A stretch of DNA of 53,835 nucleotides. It comes from Chiloscyllium plagiosum (Eukaryota). Shown here in pieces: positions 26,023 to 38,412 of the stretch. The translations under genes and the position numbers were made by a program. The notes under the pieces were generated by a model, which searched no databases, was not told the origin of the DNA, and saw only the letters and a program-made list of their open reading frames with translations. Position 1 is the stretch's first letter. Each line of letters opens with the position of its first letter. The stretch lies in contig NC_057757.1 of NCBI RefSeq assembly GCF_004010195.1, forward strand, positions 2,735,813 through 2,789,647. Direction: 5' to 3'.

Positions 26023-27128
26023 TGCAGTCGGGTCTGATATAACGTGACAGTCCCATTCTCGTGCGATCTCGCATTATAAGAAAATCGCGCAATAGCCATG
26101 CCATTTAAACTAATGGGTGGTGTCACGGTGGTTAGCACTGCTGCCTCACAGCGCCAGGCACACGGGTTCAATTCCAGCCTCGGGCGACTGTCTGTGTGGA
26201 GTTTGCACGTTCTCTGTCTGTGTGGGTTTGTTCCTACAGTTCAAAAATGTGCAGGTTAGGGTGGATTGGCCATGCTGAATTGCCCCATAGTGTTCTGGGA
26301 GTGTCCGTTAGGGTGGATTGGCCATGCTGAATTGCTCCATAGTGTGACAGTCCCATTCTCGTGCGATCTCGCATTATAAGAAAATCGCGCAATAGCCATG
26401 CCATTTAAACTAATGGGTGGTGTCACGGTGGTTAGCACTGCTGCCTCACAGCGCCAGGCACACGGGTTCAATTCCAGCCTCGGGCGACTGTCTGTGTGGA
26501 GTTTGCACGTTCTCTGTCTGTGTGGGTTTGTTCCTACAGTTCAAAAATGTGCAGGTTTGGGTGGATTGGCCGTGTTGAATTGCCCCATAGTGTTCTGGGA
26601 GTGTCCGTTTGGGTGGATTGGCTATGCTGAATTGCTCCATAGTGTTCAGGGAGTGTCCGTTAGGGTGGATTGGCCGTGCTGAATTGCCCCATAGTGTTCA
26701 GGGAGTGTCCGTTTAGGGTGGATTGGCCGTGCTGAATTGCCCCATAGTGTTCAGGGAGTGTCCGTTTGGGCAATTCAGCACGGCCAATCCACCCTAAATG
26801 GACACTCCCTGAACACTATGGGGCAATTCAGCACGGCCAATCCACCCTTAGTGTTCAGGGACGTGCCAGTTAAGTGCATTAGTCAGAAGGAAATATAGGT
26901 TAGGGGGAATGGGTCTGGGCAGGTTACTCTTCGGAGGGTCGGTGTGGACTTGTTGGGCCGAAGGGGCCTGTTTCCACACTGTAGGGATTCTATTCTGATG
27001 GGGGTGGAATCGCATTATAGCCAGTACAGGCAAGGAAAGCTCACATTCTGCAAATAATGGTTTAAACTCTTCAATCACATTAAAGCCAATTCATGTTGAA
27101 GAGACACATTATAGCAGAACCCAGTGTA
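26023..27128. mobile_element. Tigger/pogo-like MITE interrupted by a duplicated V-SINE and SINE-derived array
   Basis: TIR-like CAGTCGGGTCTGATATAACG (about 26025) versus CATTATAGCAGAACCCAGTGTA (about 27107-27128); SINE heads at 26116 and 26416. Confidence 0.45.
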
Positions 27129-27750
27129 CCAGCTCATTAAAGCACATTGGCACCATCAGCTGGACAATACAGGAGTGTGCAGCAGCAGCAGCAGCCACAC
27201 TGTGTCGAGGGTTACAGAGGGGCTAGGATGGGTCTGTTTCCCTTAACAGGGGATGGGCTGTAGATTTCAAATGATCAGGAGAATGATCAAAAGGAAGAAC
27301 TTCGCTTTCTCCCCACACAGAGGCTCTCAAGTCGCTGCCTGAAAGGGTTAGCGAAGGTGGAAATCCTTGACACATTTTGGGAATGTAGCTCCGATGCCTT
27401 GAGCTGTAAGGATACAGGCCGAACGCTGCAAGGTGGGTTTGAGCTGGCGATGTGGCTGGTGTGGGCTGAGTGGCCTCCTCCTGTGCTGTAAACAGCTGTG
27501 CGATCAGGCCAGGATTCAGAGTCAAAGCAAGGCTGCTCCAAAGAAGGAACAAACGTTGACTCTGCTTTCTCTCTCTCTCTGTGCACAGAACCTGTTGAGT
27601 TTCTCTGGCGCTTTCCAGTACCCTCAGTGCCTAGTGGGACTAACAGCGCTAACAAAACAGCGCAGCCAACTTCAGACCGGGGACAGGCACAGGGGCGAAC
27701 TGAAGGCTGCTGCTCGATCTAATGTTAACTTTGTGAAAAGGCACTTCTAC

Positions 27751-27847
27751 CTTTGCATAGCGCAAGCTCCCGGGTCGCTCGGCGTGTACGTTGTATTGCA
27801 GAATTCTCTCACAGATGTTATCCATGGCATCAGCTAGCCGGGTCTCC
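27751..27847 (-). CDS. CNPY4: Canopy homolog 4, exon 3 (97 nt; not in the ORF track)
   Basis: (S)ETRLADAMDNICERILQYNVHAERPGSLRYAK; TTAG acceptor, AAG|GTAGAA donor; phases fit exons 2 and 4. Confidence 0.95.
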
Positions 27848-28631
27848 CTAACAGATGGGGATGGGGTTGGGGGAGGGAATAGAAGGGAGGGTGGGGTGAG
27901 AGAAGAGAAAGAATCAGTCAGTCGCAGTGAGCAAATTCACTTCAAGCTGACAACTCGGGGCCATTTGACTGCAACCAGAAGGCAATCGTTGTTTCCCTCT
28001 GACTTTGGCTAACTTGAATACTTGTTCTGAGCTGTTCTCTGTCTCTCTCTCTCTGTGTCTGTCTGACACTCTCTCTCTTCTCCCCACCTCCCAAAATGTC
28101 TCTTCTCAGACTCTGAAGACTAACAATGCTCAGAAAGAAAAACAGCATTTATTGCCCCATGGGAAGGTGAGTGGCGGCAGCAGGGGGAGGGGTGTGTGTG
28201 TGTGTGTGTGCGCTCCCTTCTTGAACTATCACTGTCCCGTGTGGTTTTGGGACACCCACACAGTGCCTTTAGGGATTCTGACCCATTGACACTGTAGGAA
28301 CGGTCGATATATTTCCAAGTCTGGATGGCGAGTGGTTTGGAGGTGAACTTGCAAGGGGTGGTGTTCCCATGTATCTGCTGCCCTTGTCCTTCTTGGTGGA
28401 AGTGGTCATGAGTTTGGAAGGTGCTACCTGAGGAACTTTGGTGAGTTGCATCTTGTAGGTGGTACACACTGCTGCTACTGAGCGTTGGTGGGGGAGGGAG
28501 GGGATGTGGTGCCAATCAAGCGGGGGCTTGATTGGTGTCGAGTTTCTCGAGTGTTGTTGGGGCTGCATCCATTCCTTCACACTCCTGACCGGTGTCTCAT
28601 TACAGAGCAGAGCAGCTCCTGCATATATAGT

Positions 28632-28943
28632 GGGCGGCACGGTGGCACAGTGGTTAGCACTGCTGCCTCACAGCGCCAGAGACCCGGGTTCANNNNNNNN
28701 NNNNNNNNGTGGAGTTTGCACATTCTCCCCGTGTCTGTGTGGGTATCCTCCGGGTGTTCCGTTTTTCCTCCCACAGTCCAAAGATGTGCAGGTCAGGTGA
28801 ATTGGCCATGCTAAATTGTCCGTAGTGTTAGGTAAGGGGTAAATGTAGGGGTATGGGTGGTTTGCGCTTCGGCGGGTCGGTGTGGACTTGTTGGGCCGAA
28901 GGGCCTGTTTCCACACTGTAAAGTAATCTAATCTAATCTAATC
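28632..28943 (+). mobile_element. Full-length V-SINE (HE1-like), containing a 16-N gap
   Basis: GGGCGGCACGGTGGCACAGTGG head and (TAATC)n tail. Confidence 0.9.
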
Positions 28944-29215
28944 ACTGAGCAAATCCCTGTGTATATTGAAGAAATTTCTCCTCCTCCTCAGTCCAGCAGC
29001 CTGAGATGACAACCCCCAGTCCCTGTGCTCTAGATCACACACAGCCCGCAGTAAGTATCCATTCGTCAAGGCCAGGAATCTGACAGGGAATGAACCGCAG
29101 CCTGGGGAAGGTGTTCCAGGGAATTCAGACAGTGAAGGGAGGTTGTTAGCGGGAAACCGGGAACAAAGCAGAAACCATGAGTGGGCCGCCGAATGGATGA
29201 TTGCGCAGCACTTAC

Positions 29216-29342
29216 GACGTGTTGTACTTGATCTTTCGCTTGCGTTTCCCATTGTCCAGCACTTCTCCGAGCTCCAACACCTCCTTGGAACGTTTCGTCT
29301 TGTCTAGAGCAGACTGCAGCTCCAGTGTGAGAAACTTGCACA
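29216..29342 (-). CDS. CNPY4: Canopy homolog 4, exon 2 (127 nt)
   Basis: VCKFLTLELQSALDKTKRSKEVLELGEVLDNGKRKRKIKYNTS; AAG acceptor, TC|GTAAGT donor. Confidence 0.95.
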
Positions 29343-32289
29343 CTTCACACCAGACACACACACACAGACAGAACAACGTGAAAGAGTTAGGTGCTACGCA
29401 GTAGAAAGGTTTCAGTTTGATTTTTCTCCCCCCCCCCGCCAATGTCTTGCTTATGGCTTAGAAATACACGCCAGCTGTGCACCCAGTGCTGCCACGGGCC
29501 AAACCAGTGCCTCTGCCAACATGAGAAACGTCACTGGCCTCCCCAGCACCCTGTACAGCAGCAGTAGGCACCTTCGAACCTGCCCTGCCGCTCAATAAGG
29601 ACATGGCTGATCTTTTCATGGCCTCGGCTCCACTCACCCACCTGCTCACCCTAACCCTTAATTCCTTCACTGTTCAAAACAAAAAAAATCTGTCTTTGCC
29701 TTAGAAACATTCAACGGGGGTAGCCTCAACTGCTTCCCTGGGCAGGGAATTCCACAGATTCACAACCCTCTGGGGGAAAGACGTTCCTCCTCAACTCAGT
29801 CCCAAATCTGCTCCCCACTTATTTTGAGGCTATGCCCCTGTAATGGAAAATTAACAAATTTAACATTTACTGTGAAACCTGAAAGAGAATGCTTTTCTAA
29901 ATTTAATGCTGTGCTGAGTGTTGCAGCCAGGAGACAGCTTGTCTCTGTTTGAACTCTGTAAACATTCAACTTGACCTCGCGACGGTCAAATTCAGTGAAA
30001 GCTGAGGAAAGCATAAGAACAGCTATGTCCACGACCAGGGGATGAGAAAATAACAACTTAACTTTTCCCAGTCTTTGCCTTTGAGAGCGTGATAAGAATG
30101 GTATAAGAAGAGTGTCTGAATTATGCTCAAGTGCCCTTTACATGAGGCAGCTGGCTGAATGTATTGGGTCGGTTCTTCAGAATCTGAATAAAGATCTTTT
30201 CTTTGCTCTTGCTAACAGTCGAGTCGAGTTGATTTAATCTCCACGACACCTCCTATTTCTAGTTTCTCCCGCCAGTGGAAACAACCTCCCTGCTTCTCTC
30301 TTCTCTGTTCCTTTTATCATTTTACACATTTCTATAAGATTAGCTTTTAAATTTCAATCAGTATAGGCTTATTTACTGTTGCCACAGTACAGTGAAACGT
30401 TTTGTTCTGCGAGCAGTACAAACAGATCATAACACACAAAGACAAACAGATGATAGGGTGATGGAACATGGTGAGGCGTACAGAGTTACGGCTGCACCGG
30501 CAGTAGATAAAAAGATCAACATTGTAAATTTCAAATCTAAAGTCCAATGGGAAGCATCTGTTCCTGAATCTGCTGGTATGGGTGTTTAAGCTTTTGTATC
30601 ATCTGGCTGATGGGAGAGCGTATAACCAGGGTGGGAGGGGTCTTTGATGATGTTGGTTGCCTTTTTGCCAATCTTTCCTCCTAAGCCAACCCTCTCAACT
30701 CCAGAATCGACCGAGTGAACTTCCTCTGCATCCCCTCCAATGCCAGGACATCATTTCTCAGTAAGGAGACCAAGACTGCACACAGTACTCCAGCTGTGGC
30801 CTCACCAACACCCTATACAGCTGCAACATAACCTCCCTGTTTATAAACCCCATCCCTCCAGTGAGGATCTGAAACCTGAATACAGGCTGAGGTAACTAGT
30901 TGTTGTCAGGAACAACCGCGTAACAGATGTTCTTAATAACTTAGGCGGCAATAAAATGGCTTCTCAATGCAAATAACATGACAAAATGGCTGCATGGCTG
31001 CAAAGTGACAATTCTGCTAAAAGCTGCATAAAATGGTTTTTAAGTCTACTATAGCTTCATAAGTGACTAACCACAGTCTGCTTCAATAGAGATCAGCAGA
31101 CAATGCTCCCTTTACAGCATAGAAATAACTAGACTAGATAAGACATCACTGGCAATCCTAACTGACCTTCAGGTACAGGTGCAATGGCTCAGTTAGTGAG
31201 ATAAGGGTGGCCTGAGTGTTGGAAAACAAAGTTGGTTTCCAGGAAATATCACTGGACCAAGTAACTGTCAAATAAAGCGATACTGATCGGTAACTGTTTG
31301 AATATACTATGCAATCATGGCCTGTACCCTTCTTTAAGGAAAGTCTAAAAATGTCTTTGTTTTAAGCCATGTGTGTAGCTTCTCCAAGGAATACGAAAGT
31401 GTATAGCCTCTGTGTTTGTGGACGCTCTGTGCCCAGCTGTATGAAGAAACAAAGAGAAGGACCAGACCAATTGCGAGTCCTTATTGACCAATCACGGAAC
31501 AGAGAGACTGCCCCCCCCCGCCCCGCGAATCCAGATCTTCACGGGGAGATGGTGAAGCTGATCGATGAGGGTAGAGCAGTGGATGTTGTCTATAATGGAT
31601 TTTAGTAAGGCTTTCAACAAGGTCCCTCAATGGTAGGTCCTTCACTAGCAATGAAGGATGATAGTCCCTTTGCCTTCTTCATGACCTGCCGCACCTGCAA
31701 ACCAACATTTTGAGGCAACGGTCAGTTAAAATCTAGACGGTCCCGCTCCTGTCTTGGAAGGCTCGCTTTCCGTCTACATCAAAGTTTAGTGCAATGTAGG
31801 CTTGACAGACAAGGCCAGGGATTCGTTGACCCTGAAAGAAGTGGCTTGTCAGGCCATCTACTGTTAGCCAGGCAGAGTAAAGCAGACCGGCCAACGATGA
31901 CAGCTTGCCTTCCCTGAAGGACAGGAGTAAACCAGGTGGGTTTGTAACAACAGTAGCATGGCCTTTGGCTTCATCATCAAGACCATCTTTCAGTGCCACG
32001 GTCTGCCAACCACCACCAGTGTAAAAGCAGTGAAAGAAAAGTAATGGAAACAAAACACTGGAGATCACAGCGGGTCAGGCAGCATCCAGGGAGAGACAGC
32101 AAGCTAATGTTGAGCCTCGTTGACTCAGAGTTGACGTGAAGGTTCATTTCCAGATGTTTTGTCACCCTGCTTCACCTGAAGAGACAGTTTCGGCCCATGG
32201 ATGGCGAGCAGGGAGGCGGTGAAGGGGCAGCTGTGGTAGCCCCTGCAGATACATGGGAAGGTGTAAAGAAAGGTGGGCCAAAGGGGTTC

Positions 32290-32400
32290 TTGTGGTACAG
32301 TGCTAGTGTCCTTACCTCTAGGGCAGGAGGGCCAATTTCAAGTCTCACTTGCACCTGAGGCGTATGATAACATCCCTGAAAAGGTTGACTAAAAAAATAT
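32290..32400 (+). mobile_element. Short tRNA-derived SINE (second family)
   Basis: GTGGTACAGTGCTAGTGTCC...TTCAAGTCTC; similar copies at about 2797-2900, 37180-37280, 47938-48045. Confidence 0.55.
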
Positions 32401-33227
32401 GAAAAGTGATATTTGGACTTGAATGCACTTGTCCTCCATTTTTAAGTGCACAAGGCAACTGGAAGGACTGTACGGGTCACAACGAGGAGTCCATTGTAAA
32501 GTGTATGACTTCAACCTCAGGCGACTGTGTGGAGTTTGCACATTCTCCCACATGTCTGTGTGGGTTTCCTCCAGGTGCTCTGGTTTCCTCCCACAGTCCA
32601 AAGATGTGCAGGTTAGGGTGGATTGGCCGTGCTGAATTGTCCCATAGTGCCCAGGGATGTGCAGGTTAGGGTGGGTTGGCCGTGCTTATTTGTCCCATAG
32701 TGCCCAGGGATGTGCAGGTTAGGGTGGATTGGTCAGGGGAAATATAAAAGTAATAGAAATACATCTGGGTGGAATACTCTCCAGAGGGTTGGTGTGGACT
32801 TGTTGGGCCAAATGGCCTGTTTCCACACTGTAGCGTTTCTATGACTTGGATCAGTCAGTTTTGCTGCTTCGTTCAGAACGTTGGGAATTAAACCCAAGTC
32901 TTCAGAACATTTGCCAAAACCTCTGGATTAAGATGCAATTCCTCTTAAAACTCAACCACTGAATCAACACAGCTTCTCCAAAGACATACCTTTCTTTGAG
33001 ATTTTTATTCAAACTACAACAACGCAGTACTCAATCCTGAGGTCCCAAATTTCCTTGTAGAGTTATACAACACGGAAACAGACCCTTCAGCTCCACTCGT
33101 CCATGTCGACCGAATACCCTAAACTAACTTAGTCCCCGTTTACCAGCAATCTATCCATCTAAACCCTTCCTATTTCAGTTAAAAATCACACATCATCAGG
33201 TTATAGTCCAACAGGTTTAATTGGAAG

Positions 33228-33262
33228 CACTAGCTTTCGGAGCAACGCTCCTTCATCAGGTG
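33228..33262 (-). ncRNA. Minimal hammerhead ribozyme motif (family B)
   Basis: CAC-CUGAUGA-A-GGAGC-GUU-GCUCC-GAAA-GCUA-GUG. Confidence 0.75.
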
Positions 33263-35597
33263 GTAGCAGAGGGCTCAATCCTAACACAGAATTTATAGCA
33301 AAAATTTACAGTGTGAGGTAATTGAAATTATATATTGAAAAATTGATTGTCTGTTGAGTCTTTCATCTGTTTGAATACCGTGATAGTTTCACTTCTTTCA
33401 TGTGTAAATCACAAAACTTTTTATTAAAAAGTTGCATTCTCAGGTTAGCTGTTAACAATGGTGATAGCTAGACAATACGTTGAAGGTGTTAGCCCCCTGT
33501 GTTCTCTGTCTATGCCATGATGTTTAGATTGATTCTAATCTAAAAAGTGAGATAACAGAGTTTTACATGAATTCATGCAGTTTTTGAGCAAAGTACAATG
33601 TAACCCTGCAAGTACAAATTCACCCCACAAAATATATGTGTGCATGTGGGTCTTTGTCTGTGACTGTGTGTTCTTGTCAAGGTTTGGGGGTTGTGAGTGT
33701 GAGAAAGTGTATGTGTGTGTGTAGCAAGTGTAGAGTGTCTTAAGTCTGTGAGGGGGTGTATGTGTGAGTGTGTGTCTGTAAGGGTGTGTGCGCGCGTCTG
33801 TGTATATGTGTGTCCGTGTGTATAGGAGTGTCTGTGTGTGTGTAGGAGTGTCTGTGTGTGTGCGCAGTGCAATGGTGATCACCTGCAATGTGATATGAAC
33901 CCAAGGTCCCGGTTGAGGCCCTCCCTATGGGTACCGAACTTAGCTATCAGCCTCTGCTCGGCCACTTTTCGCTGCTGCCTGTCCCGAAGTCCACCTTGGA
34001 GGATGGTCACCTGAAGGTCCGAGGCTGAATGTCCTGAACCACTGAAGTGTTCCCCAACTGGGAGGGAACCCTCCTGTCTGTTGATTGTTGTGCGGTGCCC
34101 ATTCATCTGTTGTCGTGGCCTTTGCTCGGTTCCCCCAATGTACCATGCCTCTGGGCATCCTTGCCTGCAACGTATAAGATAGACAACGTTGGCTGAGTCA
34201 CATGAGTACCTGCCATATACAAGGTGGGAGGTGTCCCCACATGTAATGGTAGTATCTACGTCCACACTCTGACACTTCTTGCAGTGCCTACCGTGACAGG
34301 GTTGTATGGAGTTGTCCTGAGAGCTGGGCAGTTCGCTACAAACAATGATCTGTTTGAGGTTTCGCAGTTGTTTAAAGACAAGTAGTGGATGTGTGGGGAA
34401 GGTCTTGGCGAGTGCTCATCCTCATTGATAATGTGTTGCAGGGCACGAAGAACATGGTGTAATTTTTCAGTGCCTGGGACGTACTGAACAACGAAGGGTA
34501 CCCTGTCAGTTGCAGCACGTGTCTGGCTCTTGAGGAGGTCATTACTGTTCCTTGCTGTGGCACGTCGGAAATGGCAGTCGATGAGTTGAGCATCGTACCC
34601 AATTCTTGTGAGGTCATCCTTGAGTACTTCCAGGTGTCCATCATGTTCCTCCTCCTCTGAGCAGATCCGGTGTATGCGTAGGGCTTGTCCATAGGGAATG
34701 GCTGTTTTAATATGTTTTGGGTGGAAGCTGGAGAACTATAGCATTGGGAGGGTGTCTGTGGGTTTGCGGTAGAGTGTGGTGCTGAGGTTTCCGTCCTTGA
34801 TGGAGACGCAGGTGTACATTGGGGAAACCGAGCAAAGGCTGTGACAACGGATGAATGGGCACCGCACAACCACCAACAGACAGGAGGGTTCCCTCCCAGT
34901 TGGGGAACACTTCAGTGGTCCAGGACATTCAGCCTCAGACCTTCAGGTGACCATCCTCCAAGGTGGACTTCGGGACAGGCAGCAGAGGAAAGTGGCCGAG
35001 CAAAGGCTGATAGCTAAGTTCGGTACCCATAGGGAGGGCCTCAACCGGGACCTTGGGTTCATATCACATTGCAGGTGATCACCATTGCATTGCGCACACA
35101 CACACACCCTTTCAGACACACACTCGCACGTACACCCCCTCACAGACTTAAGACAATCTACACACACACACTTTCTCACACTCACAACCCCCAATCCAGA
35201 CAGACAAAGACCCACATGCACACATATATTTTGTGGGGTGAATTTGTACTTGCAGGGTTACATTGTACTTTGCTCAAAAACGGCATGAATTCATGTAAAA
35301 CTCCGTTTTCTCACTTTTTAGATTAGAATCAATCTAAACATCATGGCATAGACAGAGAACACAGGGGGCCAACACCTTCAACGTATTGTCTAGCTATCAC
35401 TCATTATTAACAGCTAACCCGAGAACGCAACTTTTTAAAAAAAGGTTTTGTGATTTACACATGAAAGAAGTGGAACTATCACGGTATTCTAACAGATGAA
35501 AGACTTAACAGACAATCAATTTTTCAATGTATAATTTCAGTTGCATCACTGTAAATTTTTGCTATAAATTCTGTGTGATGATCGAGCCCTCCACTAT

Positions 35598-35632
35598 CAC
35601 CTGATGAAGGAGTGTTGCTCCGAAAGCTAGTG
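35598..35632 (+). ncRNA. Minimal hammerhead ribozyme motif (family B)
   Basis: CAC-CUGAUGA-A-GGAGU-GUU-GCUCC-GAAA-GCUA-GUG. Confidence 0.75.
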
Positions 35633-35784
35633 TGCTTCCAATTAAACCTGTTGGACTATAAGCTGGTGTTGTGAGATTTTTTTAAACTTTATGCTCCCCA
35701 GTCCAACACCAGCATCTCCAAATTGTGCTTCCTATTCACATACCCACCCAGACGCCTTTTAAAGATGTTGTCATTGCACCGAGC

Positions 35785-36102
35785 TTAGATTAGATTACTT
35801 ACAGTGTGGAAACAGGCCCTTCGGCCCAACACGTACACACCGACCCGCCGAAGAGCAACCCACCCAGACCCATTCCCCTACATTTACCCCTTCACCTAAC
35901 ACTACGGGCAATTTAGCGTGGCCAATTCACCCAACCTGCACATTTGTAGACTGTGGGAGGAAACCCGAGCACCCGGAGGAAACCCACGCAGACACGGGGA
36001 GAATGTGCAAACTCCACACTGAGGGTTATAGATGCCGGAGGCGGGATTTGAACCCGGGTCTCTGGCGCTGTGAGGCAGCAGCGCTAACCACCGTGCCACC
36101 AC
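35785..36102 (-). mobile_element. Full-length V-SINE (HE1-like)
   Basis: Reverse complement of the 5638-5936 type. Confidence 0.9.
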
Positions 36103-36509
36103 TTTCCTTCACGAGAGCTGAGAAACAAAAGCAACCCAGGCCGCTCGCCCCATCCTGGCAGTGCCAGCCCATTGTCCAGTGCCACCAGCCCCTTCCCTTT
36201 CTGTCTCCCCCAGGAAGTGGGTAATATTTTACTTTGGGATAACATGCCCAATCCAGCTCACACAAGGTTGGGAGAGAGGGGAAAAGAGGGGCAGATAAAG
36301 GGAGACACCAGTTGGCCAACATGGGGAGGTTGGCTCTTGCCCCATGGACCGCCGCCATCTTGGATGCCCAGTTGCTATGGGCAACCAGGTCTGACCTTCC
36401 CAACCCCCTCCCATCCCCTCCCCCAACAGACTTTCCACCGTCCCCCAAATATCAAGATCTGCTCAATGGCGCGGGGGCGGGAGGGGTTAGGAGAGCCTCT
36501 CCCCTTTAC

Positions 36510-36603
36510 CTTCGCACTTGGTGGGCAGCCTCTCCCCCTCCTCCTCCGCTGCCGCACTGCCAGCGAGCAGCGGGACAAAGAGCAAGAGCAACGGTCGCAG
36601 CAT
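36510..36603 (-). CDS. CNPY4: Canopy homolog 4, exon 1 (signal peptide)
   Basis: MLRPLLLLFVPLLAGSAAAEEEGERLPTKCE with G|GTAAAG donor; spliced CDS totals 708 nt (235 aa plus stop) and resembles human CNPY4 (ERLPSKCEVCK). Confidence 0.95.
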
Positions 36604-36609
36604 CACCCC

Positions 36610-37170
36610 CACCACCGTCCGCGGAGCCCGGCTCGAGCGTGCGGGCCAGCAGCCAATCACGCGGACCCGCCTCCCCGCGCGCCGCCCGCTCCGGCCAATC
36701 AGGCGAAGGCCTGGCCCGCGTGGGCACCGCAGCGGCCTGTCACGGAGACGCGTCCCCACGTGGGGGTGCCGCCCCCAGCCAACCAAAGCCACACGTGGGG
36801 CGCCGCCCCCAGCCATTCATAGCCACACGTGGGGCACCGCCCCCAAACAACCTTCAGCTAATCACAGCGCCACGTCCTCACATGAAGCTCCCGCCCCTTT
36901 AACTAAACGAGCAAGCGCGCCCCGTCGAGTGGCGGCGGTTCCAGCCAATCAGATGCGTCGTCCGCCCCCATGTCTGATCCCTTCAGCCAATTAGGATGTG
37001 GGTCGCGCCCCCAAGTGATACCCAACCACTTCAGCCAATCATGGGGGCACGTCCTGAGGGTGTCCCTCCAGATCCTAACCAATCACGCCGGCTTCTCGCC
37101 GTATGTGCACCGCCCAGTGTCCACTCTCGGCTCCCCATTGGCTGCTGCTCTAATTTGAACTTCCCGCCCG
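36610..37170 (-). promoter_or_regulatory. CNPY4 CpG-island promoter with multiple CCAAT, GC and CACGTG boxes
   Basis: CCAAT at about 36653, 36695, 36945, 36988, 37035, 37079; CACGTG at 36757, 36792, 36826. Confidence 0.8.
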
Positions 37171-37464
37171 TGACTGCATGTGGTAGTGACCCTACCTCTG
37201 GGCCAGGGGCTTGAGTTCAAGTCTCAGCTGGTGCAGAGAGGGCAAGAACACCTCCAGGATAGTCAATAAGGAAATATCTAAAAACTGGCTCCTTCCAAAA
37301 GTCCTCATTCCTCATGGTCTCGTGCTTTCTCCAGCATTCATAATAATCACAGCTGACTCTCCCTCTCATTGCACCAACAATCTCCATGATCCCTTTAGCT
37401 TTGTGGTGTCAGTTGGCTCAGTGGGCTGAACGCCTGGTTTCTGACATGGTGTATTAGGTTAAAG

Positions 37465-37641
37465 CTTAAAAATGTATTGCTGGAAAAGCGCAGCAGGTCA
37501 GGCAGCATCAAAGGAGAAGGAGAACCGACGTTTCGGGCATAAGATTCTCCTTCTCCTCTGATGCTGCCTGACCTGATGCGCTTTTCCAGCAACACATTTT
37601 TAAGCTCTGATCTCCAGCATCTGCGGTCCTCACTTTCTCCT
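37465..37641. mobile_element. Fold-back mini Penelope-like element with 15-bp TSD
   Basis: TSD TGTATTAGGTTAAAG at 37450-37464 and 37642-37656. Confidence 0.85.
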
Positions 37642-38412
37642 TGTATTAGGTTAAAGTCAATAATTTCTTGCTTTCGGAGCGAGGCTGCTTCATCAGGTAG
37701 CTCTGAAACACAGTGCTTCCAAATAAGCCTGGTAGACTATAACCTGGTGTTCTGTGATTTTTAACTTTGTCCACCCCAGTCCAACACCAGCACCTCCACA
37801 TCATCAATAATTTCTGCCAGTGGCCTGTGGGTTTCAGCTGGGCTACCCCACTCAGTTAGGTCTCCAGTTCCTGATGCAGGGCTATGCCCGAAACGTTGAT
37901 TCTCCTGCACCTCAGATGCTGCCTGACCTGCTGTGCCTTTCCAGCACCACACTCTCGACTTAGTTCTCTAGTGGGCCCTGGAACAGGGCAATGAGCCTGT
38001 GGCTGTTCTGAGGTGCTGGTGATACAGCAAGATGGTGACTCTATTCCTCTGAGGCAGGGGTCTATGGTCAGTCAGCCCACCTCTTCCAGGTCTTGCTGGT
38101 GTAATCTCTCCTCCTCCTGTTACCCACCCTTCAGATCTCCCCATCACCAGTTCCTCATCCCAAAATTTACTAGCTGGGTGAGATGCTTTGCTGACGGTCA
38201 GTGTGGACCCGACGGGCTGAATGACCATGCTGTCAGGTTTCTACCAAGACCTCTCTGGGGCTGACGTCTAATCTGAGGAGCGAGGTGGCTTTTTAATTAG
38301 TAATGGGCGAGATGGGGATCAGGACAGGAAAGTGGCTGAGATGAGATTGTCCGGAGTGGTGCAATCGGCTGGAGCTGGGCTAAAAAGCCTCGTCATGGTT
38401 GTTGTTTTGAAG

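Larger units (their letters stand above)
33176..35727. mobile_element. 2.55-kb Penelope-like insertion (family B) with inverted duplication and 9-bp TSD
   Basis: Minus arm 33176 to about 34815 encodes a GIY-YIG domain (NVVYLIRC...WYIG...EHF...AEQRLIAKFGTH); plus arm from about 34815 to 35727 mirrors it; TSD CTTCCTATT at 33166-33174 and 35728-35736. Confidence 0.9.

Noticed and set aside
30860..31460. Possible solo LTR (also about 2910-3360 and 42250-42500)
   Set aside because: Interrupts other repeats and has poly(A)-like motifs, but TG...CA termini and a TSD could not be established
36172..36994. Several 150-216 aa GC-rich plus-strand ORFs
   Set aside because: Stop-poor CpG-island sequence antisense to CNPY4 exon 1 and its promoter
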